Shown: piece after piece, positions 56,144 to 64,000 of the stretch
Layout of the letters: each line of letters starts with the position of its first letter
Numbering within the stretch: the stretch's first letter is position 1
Assembly: GCA_014360655.1 (NCBI GenBank)
Contig: JACIXC010000001.1
Location: 292,715-356,714, forward strand
Reading direction: 5' to 3'
Source of the DNA: Actinomycetota bacterium
GTDB taxonomy: Bacteria > Actinomycetota > Geothermincolia > Geothermincolales > RBG-13-55-18
Length of the DNA stretch: 64,000 bases
Notes under the pieces: model-generated
What the model saw: only the letters and a program-made list of their open reading frames with translations
Databases searched by the model: none
What the model was told of the DNA's origin: nothing
Translations under genes and position numbers: made by a program

Positions 56144-58666
56144 TCAAGGCGTCAACCCCCTGTAGATATCGGCTACCTCCTTGGCCAGCTCCTCGGCAGA
56201 TGTCCCCCTGGACCTCAAGAAATCGTCCACCTCCACGGGTGAGGCGCCCCTGTTGATCATCCTGTTCATATCGTCGATGGTTCCCTCGACATCCGCGATC
56301 TTCCTGCTCACGGCGGCTGCTTTTCCCGGATTCGTCCGTTCGAGGTACTGGACACGCCCTCTTACCTGGTTGTTGAACGCCTTTACGATCTCGCGCTGTC
56401 CCAGGTAGCGTCGCTTCAGCGCCGATGTCATATCCCCTGACCTGGCTAATCTATCAGCCTCCGCGAAAGCCTCGTCAGCCTTGTATTGCATGGTCCTGCT
56501 CACCGTGTCCGTATGCGAGGTGCCCTTTCCGAGCTGCATATCCTGCCAGTCGTCCGGCGACATGCCGAAGGCCTCGGCGGAATGCCGGTCCACGGCAACG
56601 TTACGACAGTCGCGTCCCAACTGCGCCGGGGTGGTGCCCTCCGGGCTGCCCGCGGCACGGTAGAAGCTCTCGTCGTATATCTTCTGCACCTTGTCCGCGG
56701 GCACGTCGCGGATCTTGCCATCAGCTCCCTTGATGCGCACGGTAATGTCCTGGTCCATGGCTGCCTTGGCCTTGGCGCCCGGAACCTTGGGGTTGGTAGC
56801 CCTGAACACATCCACCTGATCCGGGCTTACCCCGAACTCACTCGCGATCTGCCGCCTTGCGTCCTCCATGGCCTTATCCTGAAGATCTCTCAGTTGTTTA
56901 TTGAAGCTCCTGATGACGCTCCTGTCCTTGGCGTTGAGCTTCTGGATGGCCAGGGGATCCTTCTGTATCTCCAGAATAGCCTCGGTCCGTATGCGCACGT
57001 CGCCGGACTTCATGGCTTTCTTGAACCTCTTGATCTTGGATTCCGCCTTCTGCAGATCGCTGGCCCATATCGTCTTCAACCTGCCCTTTTCGGCCTTGCC
57101 GAGTTTATCGAAGAGCCCTGGTTTCGCCTTTACCTTTCTGACCCTGGCAAGGTCGTCGAGCTTATCGTCCACGAGCCCTGCCGCCCTGGCGGCATCGTCC
57201 AACTTGTCTTTGCCGGCCGAGATCAGGGCCTTGCCCGCTTGCCTGCTCCCCCCTCCGAAGAGCCACCTGCCGAGCCCCGAGATACCCTCGAGCAGGCCGA
57301 TGGTGTTCAAGGTCGCCAGGGCCGAATAGGCGAAGCGGTCTGGCAGGGGCTTGTTGGGATCTATGGCGTTTTTCCACAGCTCCGTTCCCAGGATGGTCTT
57401 CAACGTGCCGAGAGGGTCCTGCAATACGGGAATGATGATATTCTCGGCGATGTACTTGGTGGCATCTTTCTTGGCTTCCTCCAGGTCCATGACGGGCTTA
57501 AACGGATCCTTCAGGCTGTTTGCGAAGTATTCCACCGCTGCCTCCGCCTGTTCCTTTTTCCACTTTTCGAAGTTCTCGTGCGTTTTTTTGATCTTGTCCA
57601 TCATGTCCTTGAGGTTTTCCACGTCGGTAACCCCATCCCATATCCATTTGGCCTTATCTGAGAGATAACCGGGGACGGTCTCGACATCGTCCCCGATGTT
57701 CCTTATGGTCTGGACGAGCACGTTCTCCGGCGCTTGCTGGTATGGATCCACCTGGGAGGAAAAGGGCTCCGCGGTACCGCCGGCGATTCCCGCCGGAAAC
57801 GGCTCCATGCCCGGGGGAGCCGCGGGTGGCGATGCAGGCTTTCCGGGAGGGGCCAGCGGCGTGACGGGCACGGGCGGCAGCGCGAGGAGCGAATTAAGAA
57901 ATCCTGTCACCGCCGCGATGATGCCGGCTATCACCGTGCCTACAAGCCATTTCCACCAGCTCCCGGGCCCCGGTATCTTGCCGGCTTCACCCTCCCTCTC
58001 GCTCTCTCCACCAGGCGTCGAGACGACATCCCCACCGGGACCCACTTCCACCCACCCCGACTGGTGTTCATAAGAAGCCAGCGTCTCCTCGAGGGTAGCC
58101 TCCATCTCGGAGACCGCCCTTTCCATCCCCGAACCGTATTTATCAGGCGGGATCTCGACCTCCACGCTGTCGCTCTTGGTGTTGCCGGTACCGGTCTCTT
58201 CCAGTGGCTGATCGGTCCCACCCACCCACGACGTCGACTCCAGGAAGGCTACGTCATTATATAAGATCTTGTCTGCAGCCGATTCATCCAGGGGTACGAT
58301 CATGCCGTCCTTGACGACTGCCTTGGTGGATGTGGTGTAGATGACGTACAGGTAATATCTCACGAATACCGTTCCGTCGTCGTGTTTCACTATCTCGGTG
58401 GTCTTTACCGTCTTTACTATCTTGAACGGGGGATCGCTCATTATTTCTCCCGTCATAAAACATGCCATATCCCCCTCCCCGTTTCTTATTTTCTCGATGA
58501 AATCCTCAGCCTGTTCTTCCGTCGGGGGCTTGATATTGTCCGCGAAACAGGGGCTGGAGCAGGAGAGCATGATGGCTCCGGTCAAAGAGATCAAGACGGC
58601 CAGGGCGAGCGGCCAGGGTGGCCGCCATGTTCCGCCCAACCGTCCCGGTATCGCCATGCCCTTCAT
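56144..58666 (-). CDS. Large membrane-anchored hypothetical protein (840 aa) with toxin-like C-terminal region
   Basis: Signal peptide, TM (WWKWLVGTVIAGIIAAV..), Pro-rich linker, helical region, Gly-rich hydrophobic segment, basic C-terminal domain with AMDQDITV; TAATG coupling to the upstream gene. Confidence 0.8.
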   Translation of the reverse strand: MKGMAIPGRLGGTWRPPWPLALAVLISLTGAIMLSCSSPCFADNIKPPTEEQAEDFIEKIRNGEGDMACFMTGEIMSDPPFKIVKTVKTTEIVKHDDGTVFVRYYLYVIYTTSTKAVVKDGMIVPLDESAADKILYNDVAFLESTSWVGGTDQPLEETGTGNTKSDSVEVEIPPDKYGSGMERAVSEMEATLEETLASYEHQSGWVEVGPGGDVVSTPGGESEREGEAGKIPGPGSWWKWLVGTVIAGIIAAVTGFLNSLLALPPVPVTPLAPPGKPASPPAAPPGMEPFPAGIAGGTAEPFSSQVDPYQQAPENVLVQTIRNIGDDVETVPGYLSDKAKWIWDGVTDVENLKDMMDKIKKTHENFEKWKKEQAEAAVEYFANSLKDPFKPVMDLEEAKKDATKYIAENIIIPVLQDPLGTLKTILGTELWKNAIDPNKPLPDRFAYSALATLNTIGLLEGISGLGRWLFGGGSRQAGKALISAGKDKLDDAARAAGLVDDKLDDLARVRKVKAKPGLFDKLGKAEKGRLKTIWASDLQKAESKIKRFKKAMKSGDVRIRTEAILEIQKDPLAIQKLNAKDRSVIRSFNKQLRDLQDKAMEDARRQIASEFGVSPDQVDVFRATNPKVPGAKAKAAMDQDITVRIKGADGKIRDVPADKVQKIYDESFYRAAGSPEGTTPAQLGRDCRNVAVDRHSAEAFGMSPDDWQDMQLGKGTSHTDTVSRTMQYKADEAFAEADRLARSGDMTSALKRRYLGQREIVKAFNNQVRGRVQYLERTNPGKAAAVSRKIADVEGTIDDMNRMINRGASPVEVDDFLRSRGTSAEELAKEVADIYRGLTP

Positions 58667-59151
58667 TACGCGACCGCCTTGCTGAAGATGGCCGAGTAGG
58701 CTATCCAGATGCCGGAGAAGACAAAAGACCCTGCCATGGGGATGACCATGAGGCGCATCTGCTGACCGGATGAGCGCATCAGCTCGGCCCCCACCGCCGC
58801 TCCCGAGGTCATGATGGTCGCCTGGATGAAGGCGGTGGCCGCGTTCCAGCCGAAGGCGAGGTCCGCCAGGAGGGCGAGCGCGGTGAAGGGTATGGCGATG
58901 AGGTAGCCCCGCGCCACGGCGTCAAGGCCTCCCACATACCCCGGTCCCCGGCGTAGGGGGGGATGGACCGCCAGCACCAGGCCGGCGAGGCCGGCCAGGC
59001 AGGCCGCTATGACGAGCAGGCCCAGGATCGTGTAGAGGGCTACCTGGCCCGCGCCCACAACGACGTACCTGCCGTTGAGCCATGCCAGGACGGTGAAGCA
59101 GGCCAGGATGAGCAGGCCGCAAACGATCCTCTCCGTCAGTGCTCTGTCCAC
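58666..59151 (-). CDS. Hypothetical multi-pass membrane protein
   Basis: About 5 hydrophobic segments; AGGAGG RBS before GTG. Confidence 0.8.
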   Translation of the reverse strand: MDRALTERIVCGLLILACFTVLAWLNGRYVVVGAGQVALYTILGLLVIAACLAGLAGLVLAVHPPLRRGPGYVGGLDAVARGYLIAIPFTALALLADLAFGWNAATAFIQATIMTSGAAVGAELMRSSGQQMRLMVIPMAGSFVFSGIWIAYSAIFSKAVA

Positions 59152-59164
59152 GGCGTTTCGCCTC

Positions 59165-59725
59165 CTATATCCCCAGCAAGGCCCAACCGCAGAGGATAAG
59201 CGCCCCGCAGATGGTGGAGAGGGTCAGGGAGGCTATCACCTTCTCCCCGGTCATCTCCCGGCAAATGGCAATGATAGGGTACAGCGCCCAAAGTGCCCCG
59301 GTGATCCCGAAGGCCACGGCGGTGTTCCAGCCCGCGGTCAGGTTTGCGATCAACCCCACCAAGCAGAAGATGAGGGTAGGGGTGTAGGCGAGGCAGAAAG
59401 CCCGCACCGTCCACCCCAGGGAGCGGTCGTTTCCGAAGAGGCGCGAAGCGGCCCAGGCCAGCGCCGCCACCAGGGCTACCCCTGCGGTGCCCATGGCGGT
59501 TCCCAGGAAGGTGAAGCCCACCGCGGCCCCGGTGCTTGCGGTGCCCACGCGGTGCATGTCCAAGCCGGTCTGCAGGAAGAAGAGGGTGAAAGAAATCCCG
59601 GATATGGCGAGGCAGAAGGGCCAGGGGATGCTCTCCATGGCTCCCTTCAGCACCCGGGTGGGGTTCAAGATCATGGAAAGGGCTGTACTCAGTGACGAAG
59701 ATGCTCTTGTGCCCGCAACCTCCAC
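59165..59725 (-). CDS. Yip1-like multi-pass membrane protein
   Basis: MILNP N-terminal motif, about 5 TM, AYTP motif; AAGGAG RBS before GTG at 59725. Confidence 0.7.
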   Translation of the reverse strand: MEVAGTRASSSLSTALSMILNPTRVLKGAMESIPWPFCLAISGISFTLFFLQTGLDMHRVGTASTGAAVGFTFLGTAMGTAGVALVAALAWAASRLFGNDRSLGWTVRAFCLAYTPTLIFCLVGLIANLTAGWNTAVAFGITGALWALYPIIAICREMTGEKVIASLTLSTICGALILCGWALLGI

Positions 59726-59862
59726 TCCCCGCTCCTTGATGTCGTTGCCCCCAGATGTTCTGTGGCATCCCCGAAACATGGCACGGTATATCCATATCAT
59801 CTCAATTCTTAGGGGATATTTCAACAGGACACGCTACCGTTGGCAGCGCGTAAGATAGATCT

Positions 59863-60273
59863 GTGGGCACAAATTCCTTGAAGCTATCTCTAGTGATAGA
59901 CGGGCCCCTACTCGAGCCGCTCAATATCGACGCCGACACGCCCCTGGAAATAACCACCAACGGAGAGGCGTTGATCATCACGCCCGTGCGCGATAAGAAG
60001 CGCCGTCAGGACTTCGAGGCAGCCCTGGAGAAAGCCGATCGCCAGTACGGCAGGATGCTCAAGAACCTGGCGGGCTGGATTGCCGGGCTTGTATCCCTTA
60101 CCCTGGCCCGGGTGATCGAGATACACCGGGACCAGATGTGTCGCTGCGGCGGCAGCCCCGGCACACGAGACCTCGATCTTCTTAAACCCGCCCTGACCAC
60201 GCCCCGGGCTGGCATGGGAGGGCAATATATCAAGGGATCCGGCTTAAGAAAAAGGCCACGAGGGGCCCGTTGA
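59863..60273 (+). pseudogene. Decayed AbrB/MazE-type antitoxin read in frame into a truncated Doc/Fic toxin N-terminus
   Basis: NSL.LVID.PLLE.LNIDADTPLEITTNGEALIITP (AbrB/MazE-like), then LTLARVIEIHRDQ..GGSPG.RDLDLLK.AL..P (Doc N-terminus); Fic HPFxxGN motif absent. Confidence 0.75.
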
Positions 60274-60275
60274 TC

Positions 60276-60308
60276 GGTGGGCGTTAAGGGATCTGGAAGA
60301 CCTTTCCC
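60276..60308 (-). mobile_element. att-like site, copy 1 (tRNA 3'-end fragment plus arm)
   Basis: GGTGGGCGTTAAGGGATCTGGAAGACCTTTCCC; the minus strand reads ..CCCTT-AACGCCC-A-CC. Confidence 0.65.
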
Positions 60309-60418
60309 TGTTTACTGTCCTGCTTGAGATGGGTATTACGCCGCCGGCAAAGGAGGATTCACATGGTGCGTCACCTCGATGGGATAGGATGATATCTATA
60401 GGCATGGTAAAATACATG

Positions 60419-60427
60419 TGATACAAT
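60419..60427 (+). promoter_or_regulatory. Extended -10 promoter of the RHH-RelE operon
   Basis: TG-A-TACAAT in an AT-rich patch with repeated ATACA motifs. Confidence 0.55.
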
Positions 60428-60465
60428 AACATACATAGAATACTTACTGGGATCGGAGGTACAAA

Positions 60466-60684
60466 GTGAGTAAGGCGATCTCGATCAGGCTGGATGAACA
60501 GGTGTTGAAAGAACTGGAGGACCTGTCTAGGGCAACGGAGCGCTCCCGTACCTTTCTCATCAATGAGGCCATAAAGACTTACATTGCGGAATACGGCGAT
60601 TACCGCGTGGCGCTCGACCGTCTCCTGGATAAGGACGATGAGCTGATCAGCGGCTCGGAGCTGAGGAGAAGGCTTGGGCTTTAA
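60466..60684 (+). CDS. CopG/RHH antitoxin (RelB-like)
   Basis: AISIRLD..LEDLSRATERSRTFLINEAI RHH; GGAGGT RBS; overlaps the toxin gene. Confidence 0.88.
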   Translation: MSKAISIRLDEQVLKELEDLSRATERSRTFLINEAIKTYIAEYGDYRVALDRLLDKDDELISGSELRRRLGL

Positions 60685-60928
60685 GGTAGTATACAAAGCC
60701 TCGGTCGAGAAGGATCTCAAGAAGATAGATAAAGCCGAGGCGAAAAGGATCTTGAACGGAATAGAAGGCGACTTGGCGAAGGATCCCGATAAGGGAGCTG
60801 CCTTAAGCGGAACATTCCAGGGGTTATACAGATACAGGATCGGCGATCACAGGGTCATATACGCCAAGACGATTGATGGGGTATTGGTGTTGCGCATCGG
60901 CCACAGAAAAGACATCTATCGCGTCTAG
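60674..60928 (+). CDS. relE: RelE/ParE family toxin (RelE/StbE-like mRNA interferase)
   Basis: KDLKKID, LSG..GLYRYRIGDHRVIY and VLRIGHRKDIY motifs. Confidence 0.9.
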   Translation: MGFKVVYKASVEKDLKKIDKAEAKRILNGIEGDLAKDPDKGAALSGTFQGLYRYRIGDHRVIYAKTIDGVLVLRIGHRKDIYRV

Positions 60929-61041
60929 GATGAAGCCGGTGATCAAGCCGGAATGAGGAGTCGCCAGACGGGTATGCGAGGCAAGTCGGAAACTGTAGAA
61001 GCCGTTAATTGGCGGACTGGCAGATACGCCAGAGATATTAG

Positions 61042-61066
61042 GAAGCCGGGCACAGAGCCCGGCTTC
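61042..61066. terminator. Hairpin next to att-like copy 2
   Basis: GAAGCCGGGC-ACAGA-GCCCGGCTTC, perfect 10-bp stem. Confidence 0.6.
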
Positions 61067-61075
61067 TATTGCTTT

Positions 61076-61108
61076 GGTGGGCGTTAAGGGACTTGGAAGA
61101 CCTATCCC
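61076..61108 (-). mobile_element. att-like site, copy 2 (tRNA 3'-end fragment plus arm)
   Basis: GGTGGGCGTTAAGGGACTTGGAAGACCTATCCC; the minus strand reads CAAGT-CCCTT-AACGCCC-A-CCA. Confidence 0.7.
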
Positions 61109-61143
61109 CACTAGTAGTCCTCGATGAGGTGGTATGAACGGCT

Positions 61144-62550
61144 TCAGCTTTCCTGCACCAAGACCCCCCTGAGCTTGGTCTTATGCAACTTGCTTAGCGG
61201 CCCCTCAATGATTTTTATCTTCTCCTTTTCAATCATCGATGCATCAATGAGGTCTATAAGGTCCTTCTTTTGGAGGTTTAGAAATGCAGCCACTAAGATG
61301 GAAATTCGAAGAATGTTGGCCAGACTTCGCATATAAAGCCGTATATCGCCCCGCCGATTTTCAAACCTCCTTCTTTCTTTTTCATCCAATAGCTCCCCAT
61401 GAACATATCTACTTCTGATATCGTATGCATCATTTATCTCGTCCTGTATTTCATTTGCATTAAATCCCAACATGGAAAACAGCTTTGCGACTCTGCTCTT
61501 CAGGCGATACTTCAGCTCCATGTTCTCTTGCAGGAAAAGGCTCTCCATGCCCATGACAAGGTTGGCAATTCTCGCCTCCTCTCTGTTCCCCCTTAACAGA
61601 TAATCACAATAGGACGAATAAGCAATTGACAAATGTATTGACGTCTTATCGGAGAAGCTGAGTTTCTCCCAAAGCCGCATCTTGCGACACTCATTCCAAA
61701 ATTTACGGAGTATGCGGAAATCGCTTTCTTGTAAAACGTATTCTTCATATACGGATATGAGCGATATTGGTCCTATTTGTTTACCCGGATAGTATTTGGC
61801 AACAGAGTCCGTGTACTTATGATCACGAATTCTTTGAACACTACCTACCCGGAATAGCCTTAAAACCGTTTCAGCTAATTGGATGTCTTCCTCTAAGCCG
61901 ACGGTATCATAATAGTCGCCCTTAATCTCCAGAATCATTGTTGGATTCATAAAATCATCGAATTGCAAGTGTTCGTAGGCAGCGACTTTCTTCTCTAGGT
62001 CCTTTGCCGTTAACTGCCTTAGAATGAAGGTGGTTCCATCTATAATGAATTTCTTCCTAACTGTTAGAATCGAAACACCCAATAACTCTGATATCGAATG
62101 ATGTTTCCTGGGCTTTTTGTTCAAGTCTTTGATACATGAGCCAACCAATTTGGCCACGTATCTTTTGTCCAACCTCCCTTTCTTAAGAACGTCCTCCGAT
62201 AAAAAGTGCATGAAATTCCATAACAACCATTGCTCTACATTGTCGTTATCTGGAAATAAGCCTCTCAGGGTGCGTACGGAATCTTTGTAGGCGCTCTGTT
62301 TTATGTACTCCTTTACGAAACGATTCGCTTCGCCCGCGAATGATTCCCTACAATATTCTTGATAGTTGATGCCATCGCATTTTAGTTTGCCATCATCATT
62401 CATTGGCTGTGGCGGCTTTCTGGATATATACGATTGCTTCGATTTATTTAATCTCCCCTCCCGGATTAGGCATTCCAATTCATGGGCGATATTTCCTGCA
62501 AGTTCCATCAGGCAATTTGTTGCGGCTTCTTCTCGGGATAGCCGTGCCAT
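61144..62550 (-). CDS. Apea-like HEPN domain protein
   Basis: GMESLF..ELKYRLKSRVA..AYDIRSRYVHG (Rx4H HEPN motif); markedly AT-rich. Confidence 0.82.
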   Translation of the reverse strand: MARLSREEAATNCLMELAGNIAHELECLIREGRLNKSKQSYISRKPPQPMNDDGKLKCDGINYQEYCRESFAGEANRFVKEYIKQSAYKDSVRTLRGLFPDNDNVEQWLLWNFMHFLSEDVLKKGRLDKRYVAKLVGSCIKDLNKKPRKHHSISELLGVSILTVRKKFIIDGTTFILRQLTAKDLEKKVAAYEHLQFDDFMNPTMILEIKGDYYDTVGLEEDIQLAETVLRLFRVGSVQRIRDHKYTDSVAKYYPGKQIGPISLISVYEEYVLQESDFRILRKFWNECRKMRLWEKLSFSDKTSIHLSIAYSSYCDYLLRGNREEARIANLVMGMESLFLQENMELKYRLKSRVAKLFSMLGFNANEIQDEINDAYDIRSRYVHGELLDEKERRRFENRRGDIRLYMRSLANILRISILVAAFLNLQKKDLIDLIDASMIEKEKIKIIEGPLSKLHKTKLRGVLVQES

Positions 62551-62564
62551 AACCCATCAACCTT

Positions 62565-63035
62565 TCATTGTGGTGCCCGCAACCTTTTCAACATCTCAAG
62601 ATAATCTTCGGGCAGTTCCCAATGCGTTGCCCCGGATATAATATGGCGTAAATAGTCTTCAGCAGGAGTATGCTCTTTGTCAGATTTATTTGCAGCAACA
62701 TAGATGAATGCTCCTAACGGTCGATCTTCATCTCCATTCACAAGCACGCTGGTGCAACAACGCTCGTAGGCGTTATTCTCACCCTTGCCATAATAGCCCT
62801 CATAGGTATCGAGTCTCTTCAATTCCTCTTTCGAGATGTCATATACAACCCCCCAAACACCCGGGCTGGCATCATCCTCTACGACATCGGCAACCCAGCT
62901 TCTGCGCTTTTCTGAATATCTCGTGAATGCGAGCCGGAAGCGCGGGAGAAGGGCCAGGCATCTGAATTGGTAGGATGGGCAACGCTCCTTCATCTGCTTG
63001 GGGTCCAAGTTGGAGCCGTAGGCGAAGTACAGCAT
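62565..63035 (-). CDS. Gamma-glutamylcyclotransferase (GGCT / AIG2-like)
   Basis: YFAYGSNL, VWGVVY, LDTYEG and P..YL..I..GA....LP..Y motifs; AAGGAGGT RBS. Confidence 0.9.
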   Translation of the reverse strand: MLYFAYGSNLDPKQMKERCPSYQFRCLALLPRFRLAFTRYSEKRRSWVADVVEDDASPGVWGVVYDISKEELKRLDTYEGYYGKGENNAYERCCTSVLVNGDEDRPLGAFIYVAANKSDKEHTPAEDYLRHIISGATHWELPEDYLEMLKRLRAPQ

Positions 63036-63189
63036 CTTCCCACCTCCTTTTACCTTCTGATTATATATGCTGCCGAAGACAGACTCTTGCTATGCCTTTA
63101 TCGCCGGGCGAATCGCGGCATTGCCGGCGTCCCATCGATGTCTCGCCTTGCGGGGCATTGCTATCTTCCCCCATAAAACACAGGCGCGC

Positions 63190-63478
63190 ATGGCTTCGCC
63201 TTCCCCCTCGCCTCGCCGGGCACCGCTCACCTATCCCGGCCCTCCCGGGAGAGGCGGAGGCCGCGCCTCGCGGCGCCCCGCCTTGCGGGGCACGGATGGG
63301 CCTCCCCGCAAGGCGCACCAGCGTGGGGCTTCGCCCCATCGCGCCCGGCCTCGCCCATCCCATGCGGCGAGGCCAGCCCCTTGCCGGGCTTCGCGTCACG
63401 GCTTGCGGCGAAGCCCGGCCGGCCCGGCATGGCGGATGCGATCCGCGCATCGCCGGGAGGCGAGGCGCAAGCCTTGGA
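63190..63478. other. Highly structured GC-rich non-coding segment (nested hairpins)
   Basis: Perfect stems CGCCTTGCGGGG/CCCCGCAAGGCG, GGCCTCGCC/GGCGAGGCC and GCCGGGCTTCGC/GCGAAGCCCGGC; closing stem CCTCGCCTC/GAGGCGAGG. Confidence 0.6.
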
Positions 63479-63927
63479 GGAACGTGCAAACGGCTTTGAG
63501 CCTGGCTGGCGCGCACGCATAGTACGCAAGCTGTGTGGAAATAAGCCCATCGCATCACGCATGACGGTGCCGTTCATGGGAGGATAGGTGGAGGAGTTTG
63601 AGGGGGTTGCGGAGCCGAGCGCGGCCGTTTTCCGGGGGGTTTCCCCGCCCCGCAGGCATGGCCTCTGGGCTGGGATTATGCCCTTCCCGGCCCTCCCGCT
63701 CCCGGCGCCGTTTTTTTTAGCCGCTCTGCGTGGGGAACATTTGGCCTCGCATACGGTCGCCCCTTTTCCCCACCTAGTTCCCAGCCTTCTTCCCTATAAG
63801 CATCTGCGCACCGCCCCGCCGAAATCTTGTGGCCACATTCTCACATGGCGATTCGGTTGCCTGCCCGCGGATGGCCGCTCGGGGTTCCCTGCGGCCGAGA
63901 GGTGCCGGAACGAGCCTCTGCTAAACG

Positions 63928-64000
63928 CAAGAAAACAAAAGTAAAACCCAGAAAACCCCAAAAACTACAAAAACCCCAAAAACCAAAAAAGATAAAACAT
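63928..64000. repeat. Phased A-tract low-complexity repeat
   Basis: AAAAC(C)n units recurring about every 9-10 bp up to the window end. Confidence 0.7.

Noticed and set aside
63061-63944. ORFs in the terminal 0.9 kb
   Set aside because: Arg/Pro/Gly-rich translations arising from the palindromic DNA, with no recognisable domain

Overview
High-GC bacterial chromosomal window. The gene content (DivIVA, leaderless-type promoters, anaerobe-type 4Fe-4S and MtaA/CmuA proteins, ADP-forming acyl-CoA synthetase subunits, SCP2 proteins) suggests an anaerobic actinobacterium such as a Geothermincolia-like lineage; this is inference. Positions 1-29 kb and 32-53.6 kb are mostly housekeeping and lipid/acyl-CoA metabolism. 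They include tRNA-Lys(CTT), RNase P RNA (rnpB), a multi-GAF histidine kinase, a 1417-aa HEAT-repeat protein and many intergenic tandem or palindromic repeats. Two accessory zones stand out. (i) 29.3-32.1 kb: a decayed IS256-family element and a low-GC GNAT toxin-antitoxin pair just downstream of rnpB. (ii) 53.8-64 kb: a five-gene membrane / zinc-ribbon / TPR operon built around an 840-aa membrane-anchored protein with a toxin-like or nucleotidyltransferase-like C-terminus. It is followed by a decayed MazE-Doc pair, an RHH-RelE module bracketed by two tRNA-3'-end-like attachment sites exactly 800 bp apart, a GGCT plus Apea-like HEPN gene pair, and a strongly structured non-coding segment. All calls come from reading motifs by eye; no database searches were run.
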